Shown: piece by piece, positions 26,838 through 36,804 of the stretch
Position numbering within the stretch: the first letter of the stretch is position 1
Layout: each line of letters opens with the position of its first letter
DNA from: a virus
Taxonomy: Duplodnaviria; Caudoviricetes
Reading direction: 5' to 3' (one strand)
Virus record (IMG/VR): IMGVR_UViG_3300005336_000019
Location: 12,513 to 76,512 of that record
DNA length: 64,000 nt
Notes under the pieces: generated by a model
Told to the model about the DNA's origin: nothing
The model's database searches: none
Seen by the model: only the letters and a program-made list of their open reading frames with translations
Position numbers and translations under genes: made by a program

Positions 26838-27596
26838 GTGAACGAGAAGCAGCCCTGGACGGGTATCGCCCCGTCGCCGACGGTTCTCGGTCAGCTCGAC
26901 TACGAAGAGATGGCGGTCCTGGCCCTGCTCTCCTGGTCGACCGCCGCCAACAGGCCCGTGACGTCGCTCGACGTAGCCAACCTCGAAGACCGCGACGGCA
27001 AGAAGCTGGGCCAGGCCGAGGCGAGGGACATCGTGCGCCAGCTCGGTGACCTGAAGATCGTGTCGGTGTACGGCATGGGCAACGAGCGCCCCATGTCGGT
27101 GCGGCTCGGCGGCTTCGTGCCCCGGGTGCCCCGCAAGTTCGACGACCGGCGTCCGGCACCTCAGCGCTCCATCCCGGCGCCGCGCAGTGCGCCCGCCGCA
27201 TCCCGGCGTCCCGAGACCCGCAGCAAGCCACCGCAGGGCAAGCGGGGCGGCACTCCTCCGTGGGTACTGAAGGAACGCCGGGTGGAGACCGGCCTGGCCG
27301 TCAGCCCCCGCACTCCGGACTACGTCCTGCCGGAGGCGACGCGGCTGCGTGAGGAGCAGATCCGGATCGAGAGCGGCGACTTCTCCGGCACGCTCGTCGA
27401 GCAGGCTCAGGCCCGGCTCGCCGTGCTGGAGGGCAGGATCCGCCTGTACGAGAAGTGGCTGCGTGACGAGCCCCGCCACCCGGGGCTGCCCGAGGCGCTG
27501 GCCAAGAAGCGCAAGGCGGTGCCGGAGATGAAGTTCCAGATCGAGCGGGCCGCCGTGAAGCAGGCCGAGCTGGCGGCGGAGGCGAGTGGTGACTGA
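26838..27596 (+). CDS. hypothetical protein, possible N-terminal winged-helix
   Basis: RBS AAGGGAG, GTG; ARDIVRQLGDLKIV. Confidence 0.75.
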   Translation: MNEKQPWTGIAPSPTVLGQLDYEEMAVLALLSWSTAANRPVTSLDVANLEDRDGKKLGQAEARDIVRQLGDLKIVSVYGMGNERPMSVRLGGFVPRVPRKFDDRRPAPQRSIPAPRSAPAASRRPETRSKPPQGKRGGTPPWVLKERRVETGLAVSPRTPDYVLPEATRLREEQIRIESGDFSGTLVEQAQARLAVLEGRIRLYEKWLRDEPRHPGLPEALAKKRKAVPEMKFQIERAAVKQAELAAEASGD

Positions 27597-28038
27597 CTAT
27601 CAGGAGCAGGCCCGGCGTGAGCGGGAGGCGAGCCGGGCCCGGCGACGGCACTTCCAGCAGATGGACGAGCGGATGCGTCTCGACGGTGAGCGCGCCACCC
27701 GCCTGCTGCTGGACGAGTTCTTCCCGGCGGGGGCGCCCGAGGGCCTGCTGGAACGCATCTGCACCAGCCGGAACCGCCTGGTCAAGGAGATCGTCTCGCT
27801 GGAGAAGGTCGTCAGGGAGATGCACGACGGCATCAACCGGATCAAGAACGAGGCTGATCAGCGCTGGGTGGACGGGTTCAACGAGTGCGCCCAGCAGGTG
27901 CGTGCACATGCCGAGGAGCTGGGCGTGAGCGAGCCCGTCGTCAACAGCCTGCTCCGCAACCAGGTCAGGATGCAGGAAGCCGAGCAGGCCGAGAAGAACC
28001 AGGCCGCCACCCAGCAGGTGGAGTGGTCGCGGACCTGA
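27586..28038 (+). CDS. coiled-coil hypothetical protein
   Basis: High GC3. Confidence 0.8.
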   Translation: MVTDYQEQARREREASRARRRHFQQMDERMRLDGERATRLLLDEFFPAGAPEGLLERICTSRNRLVKEIVSLEKVVREMHDGINRIKNEADQRWVDGFNECAQQVRAHAEELGVSEPVVNSLLRNQVRMQEAEQAEKNQAATQQVEWSRT

Positions 28039-28196
28039 CACCCTTGCCGGGTGGCGAAGTTCCGGCCCCCGTCCTGGGCCGAGCCCGAACCGGGTGAGGA
28101 CACGATCGAGATCGAGTACACCGATGGCTCAACGACGAAGGAGCTGCACCTTCCGCTTGCGTGGCGGATCAGGTGCAGCTCCTTCCGGCGTCTGCG

Positions 28197-28463
28197 TCAG
28201 GCCGTGGCCTCGGCGGTGTCCTCCTGCTTCTTGCCGACGAAGAAGTAGCCGTTCTTGCGCGGCGTCCCCTTGCCGGTGTTGCGGTCCTTGTGCAGGTACT
28301 TCACGCCGACGTTGCGGTGGTTCTTCCCGCTCGGGTGGCTGACGATGTTGGCCTTCAGGTAGCCCGGCACGTACGAGGTGACCAGGATCTGACGCCCGCC
28401 GTCACGCGGATCGGCCGACTCGTAGATGTTGCCCTTCTCGACCCGGTAATTCTCGTCGCTCAC
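28197..28463 (-). CDS. hypothetical protein
   Basis: GTGA coupling; VSDENYRVEKG... Confidence 0.75.
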   Translation of the reverse strand: MSDENYRVEKGNIYESADPRDGGRQILVTSYVPGYLKANIVSHPSGKNHRNVGVKYLHKDRNTGKGTPRKNGYFFVGKKQEDTAEATA

Positions 28464-29248
28464 GAACTCTCCCCTTCCGAAGGGATGGCGGAGACCGCTC
28501 TGATCTCCAGCCGCTGACCGCAGAGGGCCAGGATCTTCTCCGCCCACCCGATGGTGAGCGTCGCCTGCCCCGTGAGCATCTGGCTCACGTGCTTGGTGCT
28601 CAGTCCGAGGTGCCGGGCCACGTCGGCGTCGTTCAGGTGGGACGCCTCGACGGCCGCCTTCACCTGGGCCCGCATGCTGTCCCGGGCGCCGGGCTGACCG
28701 CGCCCGGCGAGGACGTCCGACAGTTCCGCCCGGCGCTCTTCCCACCACCACGACTGCGGCGGCCCGAAGGGTGCCGTGAGGGTGTTCCAGTACTCCAGCA
28801 GGGCGTAGATCTGCTCGATGAACTCTTCGGCCCTCTGGGCGTTCTCGAAGCGCTGCATGTACCGGACGTGGGGAAGGATCTCGACCCCGGCCAGGGCGCC
28901 GATCTCCTTCAGACTCTCGTAGGGCACATACGTGCCCTTCTCGCTGATCCGCCAGTCGCGGATCGCCCGAGCGTACCGTTCGGCCACGGACTCCGCCGCC
29001 TGGGCTCGCCGGTTCAGCTTCTGGATCGTCTGCCGGGCCTCGGCCAGCTCTGCCGCCGCCCGCACCGGGTCCCCGGTGTGCAGCAGGGCGCCGATCTTCT
29101 CGTACAGCGCGCTGCGCACCGAGCTGTCCGTGGTGGCCTCGTGCACCAGCCGGTTGACCTCGCTCATGAGGGCGGCGAGTGCCGGGTCGCAGCGGTGGCA
29201 CCAGCCGTGGTCCGCGCAGTGCCGGGTCGTCTGGCAGGGGTCAGTCAT
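28460..29248 (-). CDS. XRE/HigA-like HTH protein (C-terminal HTH)
   Basis: LNDADVARHLGLSTKHVSQMLTG. Confidence 0.8.
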   Translation of the reverse strand: MTDPCQTTRHCADHGWCHRCDPALAALMSEVNRLVHEATTDSSVRSALYEKIGALLHTGDPVRAAAELAEARQTIQKLNRRAQAAESVAERYARAIRDWRISEKGTYVPYESLKEIGALAGVEILPHVRYMQRFENAQRAEEFIEQIYALLEYWNTLTAPFGPPQSWWWEERRAELSDVLAGRGQPGARDSMRAQVKAAVEASHLNDADVARHLGLSTKHVSQMLTGQATLTIGWAEKILALCGQRLEIRAVSAIPSEGESS

Positions 29249-29561
29249 CGCCCTCCCCTTCCGCGACCATCTCGTACAGGTGCCAGACCAGACCGGCCGG
29301 GTCCCGGTCTGTGGTACCGCGCCACTTCGCCTTCTCCGGGAGCGGCTGACCGGTCCCGAACACTTGGAAGGTGCGCTGAAGCAGCGTGCCGTTCGGCGCT
29401 GGGGTGATGTCCTCGGCCCAGAACTCCACGACCGGCATCTTGCCGGGCACCCACTCCTGGGTGGCCACCTTCTTCACGACGCCGTGGACCACGTGCCGGT
29501 GCTCCTGGTCGTCGACCGGAACCTCGTACCGGAACATCCGCCGCACGCTCTTCTCCTTCAT
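29241..29561 (-). CDS. DUF7352-like phage protein
   Basis: RMFRYEVP...FWAE...FQVFGTGQP...LVWHLYE. Confidence 0.65.
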   Translation of the reverse strand: MKEKSVRRMFRYEVPVDDQEHRHVVHGVVKKVATQEWVPGKMPVVEFWAEDITPAPNGTLLQRTFQVFGTGQPLPEKAKWRGTTDRDPAGLVWHLYEMVAEGEGDD

Positions 29562-30382
29562 CGCTTGATCCCCATCTCTTTGCGCAGCCTGTCGGCCGTC
29601 TCCTGCGCCGTCCTGGCGGCCCGGTCCAACTCCCTGACGGCAGACTCTGCCCGATCCTTCGCCCTGTCCAGGCGGAGGCGCCCCTGGACGAGGGCCTGAA
29701 GGGCTTCAGCAGCCCCCTCCGGCTCCAGCTTGTCCTCCCAGGAGTACTCGGCCAGGCCGACCCCCAGAGCGGCCTCCAGGCGGTCCATGAGTTCGAGGCG
29801 CCGCCGGTCCTTCTCGTTGAAGGTGCCCCGCTGGCGCTGCGCCTGCCGCTCCTGGTCGTGGAACTTCTGCCGCAGCTCCCGCTCCTGCCTCTGGAGCGCG
29901 TTCGTCCGGGTGGTCTCGGTGTTCTTCAGCAGGGTGATGAGCAGGCCCGGCGTGATCTGCGCCTCCCGCTCCTCCGGCTTCACGAGCACTTTGAACCGGC
30001 GCCCCCGCGTGCCGGGCATCATCAGGCCCCAGCCCTTGGGCAGCTCGTCGTCCTGCACGATCCCCTCGTGCGGCACGACCAGCCAGAAGATGTTGCAGTA
30101 TGGCCACCACGCCTCGGCCTTCTTCGGCTCTTTCAGCTCCCGGAGCCAGTCGGCGCGGCTCACCTTCAGCTCGCAGACCTCGACGATCCCGGCGCCGCGC
30201 GAAGCCCACAGTCCGATGTGCACGGCGTCGGCCCGGCGCCCGGAGTGGCCGGGCGCGGTGACCTCGGTCAGGTACACGGCTCCGGCCCCGGCAAGGTCGA
30301 GCTGATCTTTGTCGCTGATGAAGTGCTGGCGGAGCTTGTCGTCCAGCTCGGCCGTGGTCATGCCGTTCGGCGTGGCCATCAC
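29558..30382 (-). CDS. MmcB-like PD-(D/E)xK nuclease
   Basis: RRADAV...ELKVSRADWLRELK.P.K...ELPKGWGL. Confidence 0.8.
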   Translation of the reverse strand: MMATPNGMTTAELDDKLRQHFISDKDQLDLAGAGAVYLTEVTAPGHSGRRADAVHIGLWASRGAGIVEVCELKVSRADWLRELKEPKKAEAWWPYCNIFWLVVPHEGIVQDDELPKGWGLMMPGTRGRRFKVLVKPEEREAQITPGLLITLLKNTETTRTNALQRQERELRQKFHDQERQAQRQRGTFNEKDRRRLELMDRLEAALGVGLAEYSWEDKLEPEGAAEALQALVQGRLRLDRAKDRAESAVRELDRAARTAQETADRLRKEMGIKR

Positions 30383-30400
30383 GCTTCCCCTCTCCCGGCG

Positions 30401-31117
30401 CTAGGCGCCTATCTCGTCCCTGTCCTTGGGCAGCATGCCCTTCGGCTTCGCCTTCGGGTCGCCGATCGTGTCGTCGTCCCAGGCGGCCGGGGGCGGCCAC
30501 TCCTGCTCGATCGCCCAGTTCCTGGCCTGCGTCACCCCACCTGGCGTCACCCCGAGGCTCAGCGGATCCACGTTCCACAGCCGGTTGTAAGCGGCGTGGA
30601 TCGCCTGATCCATGGAGGCGCGGATGCGCACCCTGTTGCCGTTGCGGATGCTGTCGATGGTGAAGACGCTGGCGTTCATCTCGCGCGCCATGACCTTCAG
30701 CGAGAAGCCTCGCCTGCTCAGAGCCCTGATTCTGCGCTGCGCCGTCAGGGCCGGAACGATGCCGTCACACCCGACGAACTCCTTGCGGGGAACGGGCACT
30801 CCGAGGATGGCGGCGGCCGTGTCGCGGTGAATCCGGGCCACCCGGCCGGAGATCACCTGACCGACGATCGAGCGGGAGACTCCGGCCAGCCGGGCGATGT
30901 CCGTCACGAACATGCCCGCTTCGGTCAGCAGCTTCCCGTGGGCTCGCGCCTCGTCGGCCGGAACCCGTGCACTCTCGCCTCGCTCCTGCCCGATCCGGCT
31001 GAGCTTCTGGGACCGGTAGTACGCCTCCTTGCACTCGGTCCTCTCGCAGCCGTACCGGCCGCAGGAAGCCATGCCGTGTCTGACGTTCGACTTCTTGGGC
31101 CGTTCCACGTCCTTCAC
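30401..31117 (-). CDS. HTH DNA-binding protein with N-terminal Cys motif
   Basis: HG..C.RYGC...C; DIARLAGVSRSIV; second HTH-like segment. Confidence 0.8.
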   Translation of the reverse strand: MKDVERPKKSNVRHGMASCGRYGCERTECKEAYYRSQKLSRIGQERGESARVPADEARAHGKLLTEAGMFVTDIARLAGVSRSIVGQVISGRVARIHRDTAAAILGVPVPRKEFVGCDGIVPALTAQRRIRALSRRGFSLKVMAREMNASVFTIDSIRNGNRVRIRASMDQAIHAAYNRLWNVDPLSLGVTPGGVTQARNWAIEQEWPPPAAWDDDTIGDPKAKPKGMLPKDRDEIGA

Positions 31118-31127
31118 CCTTTCCGGT

Positions 31128-31652
31128 TCAGCGGTAGTACGACTGCCGCAACTCCTCGTAGTGCGCCTCCTCCGCCTCCTGCTGCTCGCGGTCGAAGTCG
31201 GCCTCCGTGCAGCCCTCTTCCCCGCAGGGCCACGGATGGATCTTCTGCCCGTCGGGATAGCACCCCCGGCACCACGGCTGGTGATCGATGCAGAGATGCC
31301 CGAGGTCACCGCTGCGCTCGCAGAATTCCTTCGGCAGGTGACAGGTGTGCTCGGCGTTCTCCGACTCGATCAGCTTCGTTCCGTGAGGGCAGTAGACGCC
31401 CCACTCGACCTTCCGCACCGTGACCATGGGGGCAGGATGAATCTTGCCGTCGGGCGTCTTCACCTGAACGCGGTCGTCGCCCTTGTTCAGCAGCGAGCCG
31501 GTCACCTGACGCCCCTTGGAGGTCACGGTGACCATGCCTCCGATCCTCGGCCACGCGCACCCCGGATCGCCGCACTTCTCGACGGGCCCCTCGTGCCGGT
31601 CGAGCTGATCGCCGGACCCGCGCACGTAGTGCGCGGTGCCCATGCCGTCCAT
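31128..31652 (-). CDS. Cys-rich hypothetical protein
   Basis: TGATG coupling. Confidence 0.75.
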   Translation of the reverse strand: MDGMGTAHYVRGSGDQLDRHEGPVEKCGDPGCAWPRIGGMVTVTSKGRQVTGSLLNKGDDRVQVKTPDGKIHPAPMVTVRKVEWGVYCPHGTKLIESENAEHTCHLPKEFCERSGDLGHLCIDHQPWCRGCYPDGQKIHPWPCGEEGCTEADFDREQQEAEEAHYEELRQSYYR

Positions 31653-32065
31653 CAGACGAGTCCCTTCCTGCGCCGGATGTCGTAGATCCACGCCGCCACG
31701 ACGGCGGCCGTCTGGATCAGCTCGGTCTCCAGCTTCTCCAGGTCTCCGGCAGCGGCTTCGGCCAGCGCCTCGTAGACCTCCTCCAGGAGTATGAAGTCCC
31801 AGGCCACGTGCTTGTGATCACCCTCGGGCGGGCACTTGCTGCACCGGCCTACGGTCCGGCTGGGGGTCTCACGTTCGTCGTTGACCCCCTTCATGATCTG
31901 GGCCTTGTACTCGTAGTGGTGGTGCGTCACGAACGCGATGTCGCGAGGGTCGATGTCCGGGTGGATCTGGTCGCCCCACTTCTTGAGCTGGCGGGCGCGC
32001 TCGTCGTCCACCTTCTCGGCGAAGTCCTTCATGCCGGGCACCGAGAACAGCGTCGGGTAGCTCAT
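31652..32065 (-). CDS. MazG-like NTP pyrophosphohydrolase-fold protein
   Basis: ERARQ..KWG.Q; ILLEEVYEAL; ELIQTAAV. Confidence 0.75.
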   Translation of the reverse strand: MSYPTLFSVPGMKDFAEKVDDERARQLKKWGDQIHPDIDPRDIAFVTHHHYEYKAQIMKGVNDERETPSRTVGRCSKCPPEGDHKHVAWDFILLEEVYEALAEAAAGDLEKLETELIQTAAVVAAWIYDIRRRKGLV

Positions 32066-32532
32066 GTCCGATCCTCCTCACTCACGGAGCCGCCGGGCAG
32101 CAGCTCCCCCAGTCGGTCGGCGGGGCCCGGCTTGCCCTTGCCCCACTCGGCCATCCCCTTCATCGACATGGCCAGGAAGTCGGCGTCGTTGGCCGACAGG
32201 CGGATCTCCACCTTCCGGCCGACCGCATCCTTCGTTCCGTCCGTGATGCGCACCTCGAAGCAGAGCGCCGTGTCGGGTTCCCGCTCCCGGTACCAGGCGA
32301 GTTCGCGAGGGAAGACGGCGCTGATCACCTGACCCAGCCACGTGGCCGACCGGCGCTCGCGGCGCATGGACTCCATGCGGAGCTTCGCGTACGCGAGGTG
32401 CACGATGTGATCGATCTCCTGAGCCGGGTTCGTGTGGCTCCAGTCCGTCCCGGTCCACTCGTCGAGCACCTTGCGCACGTCAGCCAGTGCACCCAGCGCC
32501 AGGTCAGCGCGTGTCGGTTCACCCTTCCTCAT
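32062..32532 (-). CDS. hypothetical protein
   Basis: High GC3. Confidence 0.75.
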   Translation of the reverse strand: MRKGEPTRADLALGALADVRKVLDEWTGTDWSHTNPAQEIDHIVHLAYAKLRMESMRRERRSATWLGQVISAVFPRELAWYREREPDTALCFEVRITDGTKDAVGRKVEIRLSANDADFLAMSMKGMAEWGKGKPGPADRLGELLPGGSVSEEDRT

Positions 32533-32689
32533 CGCCGGGCTCCTTCGACAGGCTCGTCTTCACCGGCCCCTGCTCCGGCTTCATGCCGAGCTGGGTCAGT
32601 CTTCTGTACAGCTCGGCCGAGCCGACGAGCAGGCCCGACAGGATCGCCGCGCCCGCCATACCGACACCGAGGATCCGCCCCGCGTCCAT
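32519..32689 (-). CDS. small membrane protein (56 aa, not in ORF track)
   Basis: MDAGRILGVGMAGAAILSGLLVG..., TGATG coupling. Confidence 0.6.
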   Translation of the reverse strand: MDAGRILGVGMAGAAILSGLLVGSAELYRRLTQLGMKPEQGPVKTSLSKEPGDEEG

Positions 32690-32979
32690 CACTCCTCCCG
32701 CCGGGTGACGACCATGACGCCCCGGGCATCGAAACGCACGACGTTCCGGCCGCCCGCCCGCATGGCCTCCATCAGGTCGTCCCGCTGCCTCTTCTCGTCG
32801 AGGCGCGAGCGCAGCGCGTGCATGGCGTCGTCGGCCACGGCGAACTCCATGACCGCCCCGGTCTCCAGCCGGACCCCGGGCAGCGTGCGCCCGAGGAAGC
32901 AGCTCTTGTTCTGGCAGCGGGCGATCGTCGGGTACATCAGCCCGTGCAGCAGGCGGACCATGCTGACACGTTCGCTCAC
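32689..32979 (-). CDS. hypothetical protein
   Basis: GTGA coupling. Confidence 0.75.
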   Translation of the reverse strand: MSERVSMVRLLHGLMYPTIARCQNKSCFLGRTLPGVRLETGAVMEFAVADDAMHALRSRLDEKRQRDDLMEAMRAGGRNVVRFDARGVMVVTRREE

Positions 32980-33176
32980 GGTGTCACCTCGATCTCGTTC
33001 AGCAGCCGGTGGTCGTGGATCTGGTCGTACAGCTCACGCAGGCGCTCGGCCGCCAGGTCGTCGGTCTTCTTCAGGGCGTTCTTCACCCAGACCCGGAGCT
33101 GGTCCCAGCAGGAGGTGCACAGGTACTGCCTGCGCCTGCGTTCCGCCCCGCAGCAGGGGCACGGCGTGGGGTTCAC
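32976..33176 (-). CDS. small zinc-finger-like protein
   Basis: CPCC...YLCTSCW. Confidence 0.7.
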   Translation of the reverse strand: MNPTPCPCCGAERRRRQYLCTSCWDQLRVWVKNALKKTDDLAAERLRELYDQIHDHRLLNEIEVTP

Positions 33177-33700
33177 TGCTTCTCCCCCATGGCCACGGCC
33201 CTGTAGGCGCGCTCGGCCAGGATCTGGAGGTGGTCCAGGATGTCCTGCGGGGCACCTTCCTCCTCGGCCTGGCGGATCACATACGCCACGGCGGCCGGGT
33301 CCTCCCGGTTCTCCCGCACCCGGCGCACGAAGCGGTGCTGCCAGTAGGCGCTCTCCTGCTTCATGCGCCACTCGCGCAGCGCGCGGAGCTGAATGCGAGC
33401 CCGCGTCCGGCAGTTCATGTCCGGGCAGCCGCCGTCGTGCGCGAAGTTGTGCAGGATGTCGATCCCGCTGATGATCTGCGGGGCCTTCTGGCCGTCGGGT
33501 GCCGGGAGGATGTTCACCTCGGTCGACTCGCCGATGCGCCAGCCCTGGCCCCAGTCGAGCAGCACGGTGCGCACCGGGTACGGGATGTAGTCGATCTCGT
33601 CGTGGATCTTCACGAGGAAACCGGCCGCGCTCTCACCATCCGGGTCGATCAGCTCCACGTACTTGCCGAGGTACTGGTCGAGATCGTTGATGTCGGTCAC
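33173..33700 (-). CDS. hypothetical protein
   Basis: GTGA coupling. Confidence 0.8.
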   Translation of the reverse strand: MTDINDLDQYLGKYVELIDPDGESAAGFLVKIHDEIDYIPYPVRTVLLDWGQGWRIGESTEVNILPAPDGQKAPQIISGIDILHNFAHDGGCPDMNCRTRARIQLRALREWRMKQESAYWQHRFVRRVRENREDPAAVAYVIRQAEEEGAPQDILDHLQILAERAYRAVAMGEKQ

Positions 33701-33960
33701 GTGTCCCTCCGGTTCATGATCGCGAGACGCGCCTGGGAGGCCCAGTTCCTGCGGCCCGGCACGATCTCCCGGTGCATCCGATCGGAGAAGGCTTCGCCGA
33801 GACTCGCGCCTTCCGGCCGGTTGTCCAGCAGCTCGATCGCCACGGTGACCAGCTCCAGCGCTTCCTCGTCGCTGAGCCCGGGGTAGATCTTCCGGACCTC
33901 GTCCGTGATCGTCCCGAGCAGCTTAATCACGGGCCACCCGTCGTCGGGTCCGGTGTTCAC
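33697..33960 (-). CDS. hypothetical protein
   Basis: GTGA coupling. Confidence 0.75.
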   Translation of the reverse strand: MNTGPDDGWPVIKLLGTITDEVRKIYPGLSDEEALELVTVAIELLDNRPEGASLGEAFSDRMHREIVPGRRNWASQARLAIMNRRDT

Positions 33961-34400
33961 AGCCGGTCCGCCGTCAGGCCGACGACCGTCTCACCGGCCG
34001 CCACGACGTCCAGCTTCTGGATCACCGTCAGGTGGCCGTTGCGGATCTCCTGGCGGGTACCGGGCGAGCACGGGTGGACGAGGGCGGCACCGGTCGTGCC
34101 GACGTAGACGATCCGGTCGGCGGCGTACGCGAGATCGGTGAGGCGGCCGTCGAAGGCGCTGCGGTCCAGCCGCCCCTCGACCTCGGCCATGGAGGCGAAG
34201 ACGACGATGGGGCGCCCTTCGCGGGCGACCTCCGCCTTCAGTGCGTCCACATCCACGTCGCCGCTGAAGTGCCGCATGTCGAAGGCGATGCCCGCCTTCG
34301 AGACGATCTCGCGGATCCGGCTGTAGTCCGGCCCGGCCATCAGGACCAGAGCCGGTTGGCTGGCATCGCCGAGCAGGTGGTACGGGGCAACCTGTCCCAT
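33957..34400 (-). CDS. hypothetical protein
   Basis: RBS GGAGAGGGAAG. Confidence 0.8.
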   Translation of the reverse strand: MGQVAPYHLLGDASQPALVLMAGPDYSRIREIVSKAGIAFDMRHFSGDVDVDALKAEVAREGRPIVVFASMAEVEGRLDRSAFDGRLTDLAYAADRIVYVGTTGAALVHPCSPGTRQEIRNGHLTVIQKLDVVAAGETVVGLTADRL

Positions 34401-34449
34401 GTTCTTCCCTCTCCGAAGTTCCTTGCCAGTAAGGCAAGTTGGTCCTTCG

Positions 34450-34471
34450 ATTCTAACATGGCCCAGGCCAT
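34450..34471 (-). promoter_or_regulatory. Box ATGGCCTGGGCCAT directly upstream of extended -10 TGTTAGAAT
   Basis: Plus-strand ATTCTAACATGGCCCAGGCCAT. Confidence 0.65.
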
Positions 34472-34515
34472 TGAGGATACGAGAACGGGCCCCTCCGTCA
34501 GGAGAGGCCCGTCAC

Positions 34516-35028
34516 TCAGCCGATCCGGCCGCCCGGCCAGACGAACGTTTTGATCTCGGTGTTCTTCAAGATCTTCAAGCACCCTGCGCAGGGCTGCTCG
34601 GTGATGTACATCGTGGCACCGACCAGGCGGCTGCGATCCGAGACATCCAGCAGGGCGTTCATCTCGGCGTGCACCGCGATGCACGTGCCGGGCCCGGTGT
34701 CGTACGAACTCCCGGGGGCCACCGACCAGGTGCAGGGCCACATCTCGCCGCAGGCGCACTGGCCGGTGAAAACCCGGCACTTGCAGTCCGGCGGGTGTGG
34801 CGGCCCAGGGCACCGCGAGATCTCGTAGTGCCTGCCGCGCGGGCACTCACCGGCCAGGCAGCTCTCGCCACCGCGCGGGCCGCCGTTGTAGCCGCAGCCG
34901 ATGACCCGATGAGCCTCATCCAGCAGAACGGCCCCGACCTGTCGCCTGGTGCAGTCACCCCGGAGGGAGACGGCCTCGGCGATGCCGAGGGCCCAGGCGT
35001 CCCAGTCGGGGCGCTCCGCCGTTCTCAC
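34516..35028 (-). CDS. dCMP deaminase with Cys-rich insertion
   Basis: [25 protein letters not shown]. Confidence 0.92.
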   Translation of the reverse strand: MRTAERPDWDAWALGIAEAVSLRGDCTRRQVGAVLLDEAHRVIGCGYNGGPRGGESCLAGECPRGRHYEISRCPGPPHPPDCKCRVFTGQCACGEMWPCTWSVAPGSSYDTGPGTCIAVHAEMNALLDVSDRSRLVGATMYITEQPCAGCLKILKNTEIKTFVWPGGRIG

Positions 35029-35231
35029 GAAGTGACCGTGACGCCCTGCGCCTCGATCCCCTTCTTGCCCTGCTGGGTCTCGAAGACCACCCGCTGACCC
35101 TCCTCCAGGCTGCGGTAGCCCTGGGCGTTGATCTGCGAGTAGTGCACGAAGACGTCGGGGCCACCGCCGTCCTGGGCGATGAAGCCGAAGCCCTTTTCGG
35201 CGTTGAACCACTTCACGGTGCCAGCAGGCAT
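35025..35231 (-). CDS. cspA: Cold-shock protein
   Basis: [29 protein letters not shown]. Confidence 0.97.
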   Translation of the reverse strand: MPAGTVKWFNAEKGFGFIAQDGGGPDVFVHYSQINAQGYRSLEEGQRVVFETQQGKKGIEAQGVTVTS

Positions 35232-35299
35232 GTTTCTCTCCGGTCTCTCTGCTGTCTTGCCGGAGGAAATCTACCCTGTTTTCTCGGCCCGTGGTGGGG

Positions 35300-35542
35300 T
35301 CACTTCTCGTCGGGAAGCTGGTCCACGTAGGCGGCCTTCGAGCGCCAGCGCGTCGGGCATGCCGTGCACCGGATCTCGGAGTAGTCGCTGGGGGTGCGGT
35401 GGTAGCCGTTGAAGGCGGAGTAGTTCGCCTTCCTGACCGTCACCACCCAGTGGCCGAAGTGCTGCTTTCGGTTCCGGCATGCCGTTCCGGACCGGCCACG
35501 GTCGCTGACATGGCCGTGGCTGTCCCAGCCGGATCCGGTCAC
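35300..35542 (-). CDS. hypothetical protein
   Basis: NYSAFNG...SDYS..RC..C..RWR. Confidence 0.8.
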   Translation of the reverse strand: MTGSGWDSHGHVSDRGRSGTACRNRKQHFGHWVVTVRKANYSAFNGYHRTPSDYSEIRCTACPTRWRSKAAYVDQLPDEK

Positions 35543-35970
35543 TTCATCTCCCCCGTCTCGTCGGTGGGCTTCATCTCCTGGGCGGCGCGCAGCGCACGGG
35601 CGGCGTCCTTCAGGAACTGCTCGACGTCACCGTTGCCCTCCAGGAACTCGATGTCGCCGAGGTCGCACAGCTCCTGGATGTTGCGCTGGGCCGACTTGAT
35701 CCGGCGCAGCGCCTCGTCCAGGTTGCCGTGCAGGCTGCGCGCGGCCTGACGCATGAGCCGGTTCGTCCCGGCGATCTCGGTGGCCTCGTTGAAGATGTAC
35801 TCGGCCTCGCTGTCGCCGCCTTCGGGCGCCTCGCCGAAGTCCAGGTCGGGCCCGAACGCGTAGCCGGTACCGCCCTTGCGGATGGCTTCACGCACCTCGC
35901 CCCAACGGGCGGTGTCGAGCGATCCGAGGATGGTGGCGACGTCGTACTCGCTCTCGATCTTCGTCGTCAC
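35539..35970 (-). CDS. hypothetical protein
   Basis: GTGA coupling. Confidence 0.8.
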   Translation of the reverse strand: MTTKIESEYDVATILGSLDTARWGEVREAIRKGGTGYAFGPDLDFGEAPEGGDSEAEYIFNEATEIAGTNRLMRQAARSLHGNLDEALRRIKSAQRNIQELCDLGDIEFLEGNGDVEQFLKDAARALRAAQEMKPTDETGEMK

Positions 35971-36179
35971 TGGCCACCGCCGTGGCCGAAGTTGCGCAGG
36001 GTGTGGCCGTTGCCGCCGTTCGCGTACGGGTCCGGGGTGACAGCCCGCTTCATGGTGCCGGTGGTCTCGTCGCGCACCATCGGCGCCGGGGCCGGGTGCG
36101 TCTCGCCGCCCTTGCCGCTGGTCGGCTGCTTCCAGGTCGAGCTGTCCACGGGCGCCTGCCCGCCGTCGTACGTGCCCAT
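35967..36179 (-). CDS. hypothetical low-complexity protein
   Basis: RBS GAGGAG, ATG. Confidence 0.7.
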   Translation of the reverse strand: MGTYDGGQAPVDSSTWKQPTSGKGGETHPAPAPMVRDETTGTMKRAVTPDPYANGGNGHTLRNFGHGGGQ

Positions 36180-36279
36180 CGCTTCTCTCCTCGTCCGATG
36201 ACGGAACCCCCGATCGCCAGACCGGGGGTTCCGTGGGTTGCGATTCTTCAACTGTACCGAACTGTAGCTGAGTTGACTA

Positions 36280-36504
36280 CTACCCGAAGTGCATGACCGC
36301 GCGAATCGCCTTCACGTCGAACTCGGGGCCGCGATCCAGTTCCTTCACGAAGATCCGCACTTCTTCGGCCGTCGCCTTCGGGTACCGGCCGATCGCCTCT
36401 CGGATCAGTGCGGCCGTCGCCTCGTCCGGCATGTCCTCGGGACCCGGCGGCTGCCGCTTGATCGGCCGGTGCTTGCGCCTTCCGTCGTAGTACTCGCCGT
36501 ACAT
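36280..36504 (-). CDS. hypothetical protein
   Basis: RBS GGAGG. Confidence 0.75.
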   Translation of the reverse strand: MYGEYYDGRRKHRPIKRQPPGPEDMPDEATAALIREAIGRYPKATAEEVRIFVKELDRGPEFDVKAIRAVMHFG

Positions 36505-36513
36505 GACCCCTCC

Positions 36514-36804
36514 CTACCGGGTGAAGACCTCAAGGAGGAAGCTGCGGTCCTTGTCGTCGATCATGGCCTGAGCGAAGTCCTCCATGTAGATCGGCGGATG
36601 GTTGGACAGGAAAAGCTCGCTGAAGGTGATCTTCTGGAACGGGTCGGTATGGCGGGGGATGATCCGGTAGACCTGATCGGTGCCGACCCGGCGCACGTAG
36701 ATGCGGCCGTTGCCGTACCCCTCCCGGTCCAACGTCATGACGATGTCGCGGAACTCGGTCGCGCCCTCGACCCGCGTCAGGTTCTTCTCCTGCCAGGTCA
36801 TCAC
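36514..36804 (-). CDS. hypothetical protein
   Basis: Coupled, high GC3. Confidence 0.8.
   Translation of the reverse strand: MMTWQEKNLTRVEGATEFRDIVMTLDREGYGNGRIYVRRVGTDQVYRIIPRHTDPFQKITFSELFLSNHPPIYMEDFAQAMIDDKDRSFLLEVFTR

Noticed and set aside
28051-28248. 65-aa plus-strand ORF
   Set aside because: No RBS; overlaps the 3' end of a convergent gene; weak support
34516-35211. 231-aa dCMP deaminase with long N-terminus
   Set aside because: The extension overlaps cspA out of frame; the true start is likely GTG at 35028
36250-36266. AACTGTA direct repeat as iteron
   Set aside because: Only two copies; more simply tandem TACAGT -10 elements on minus
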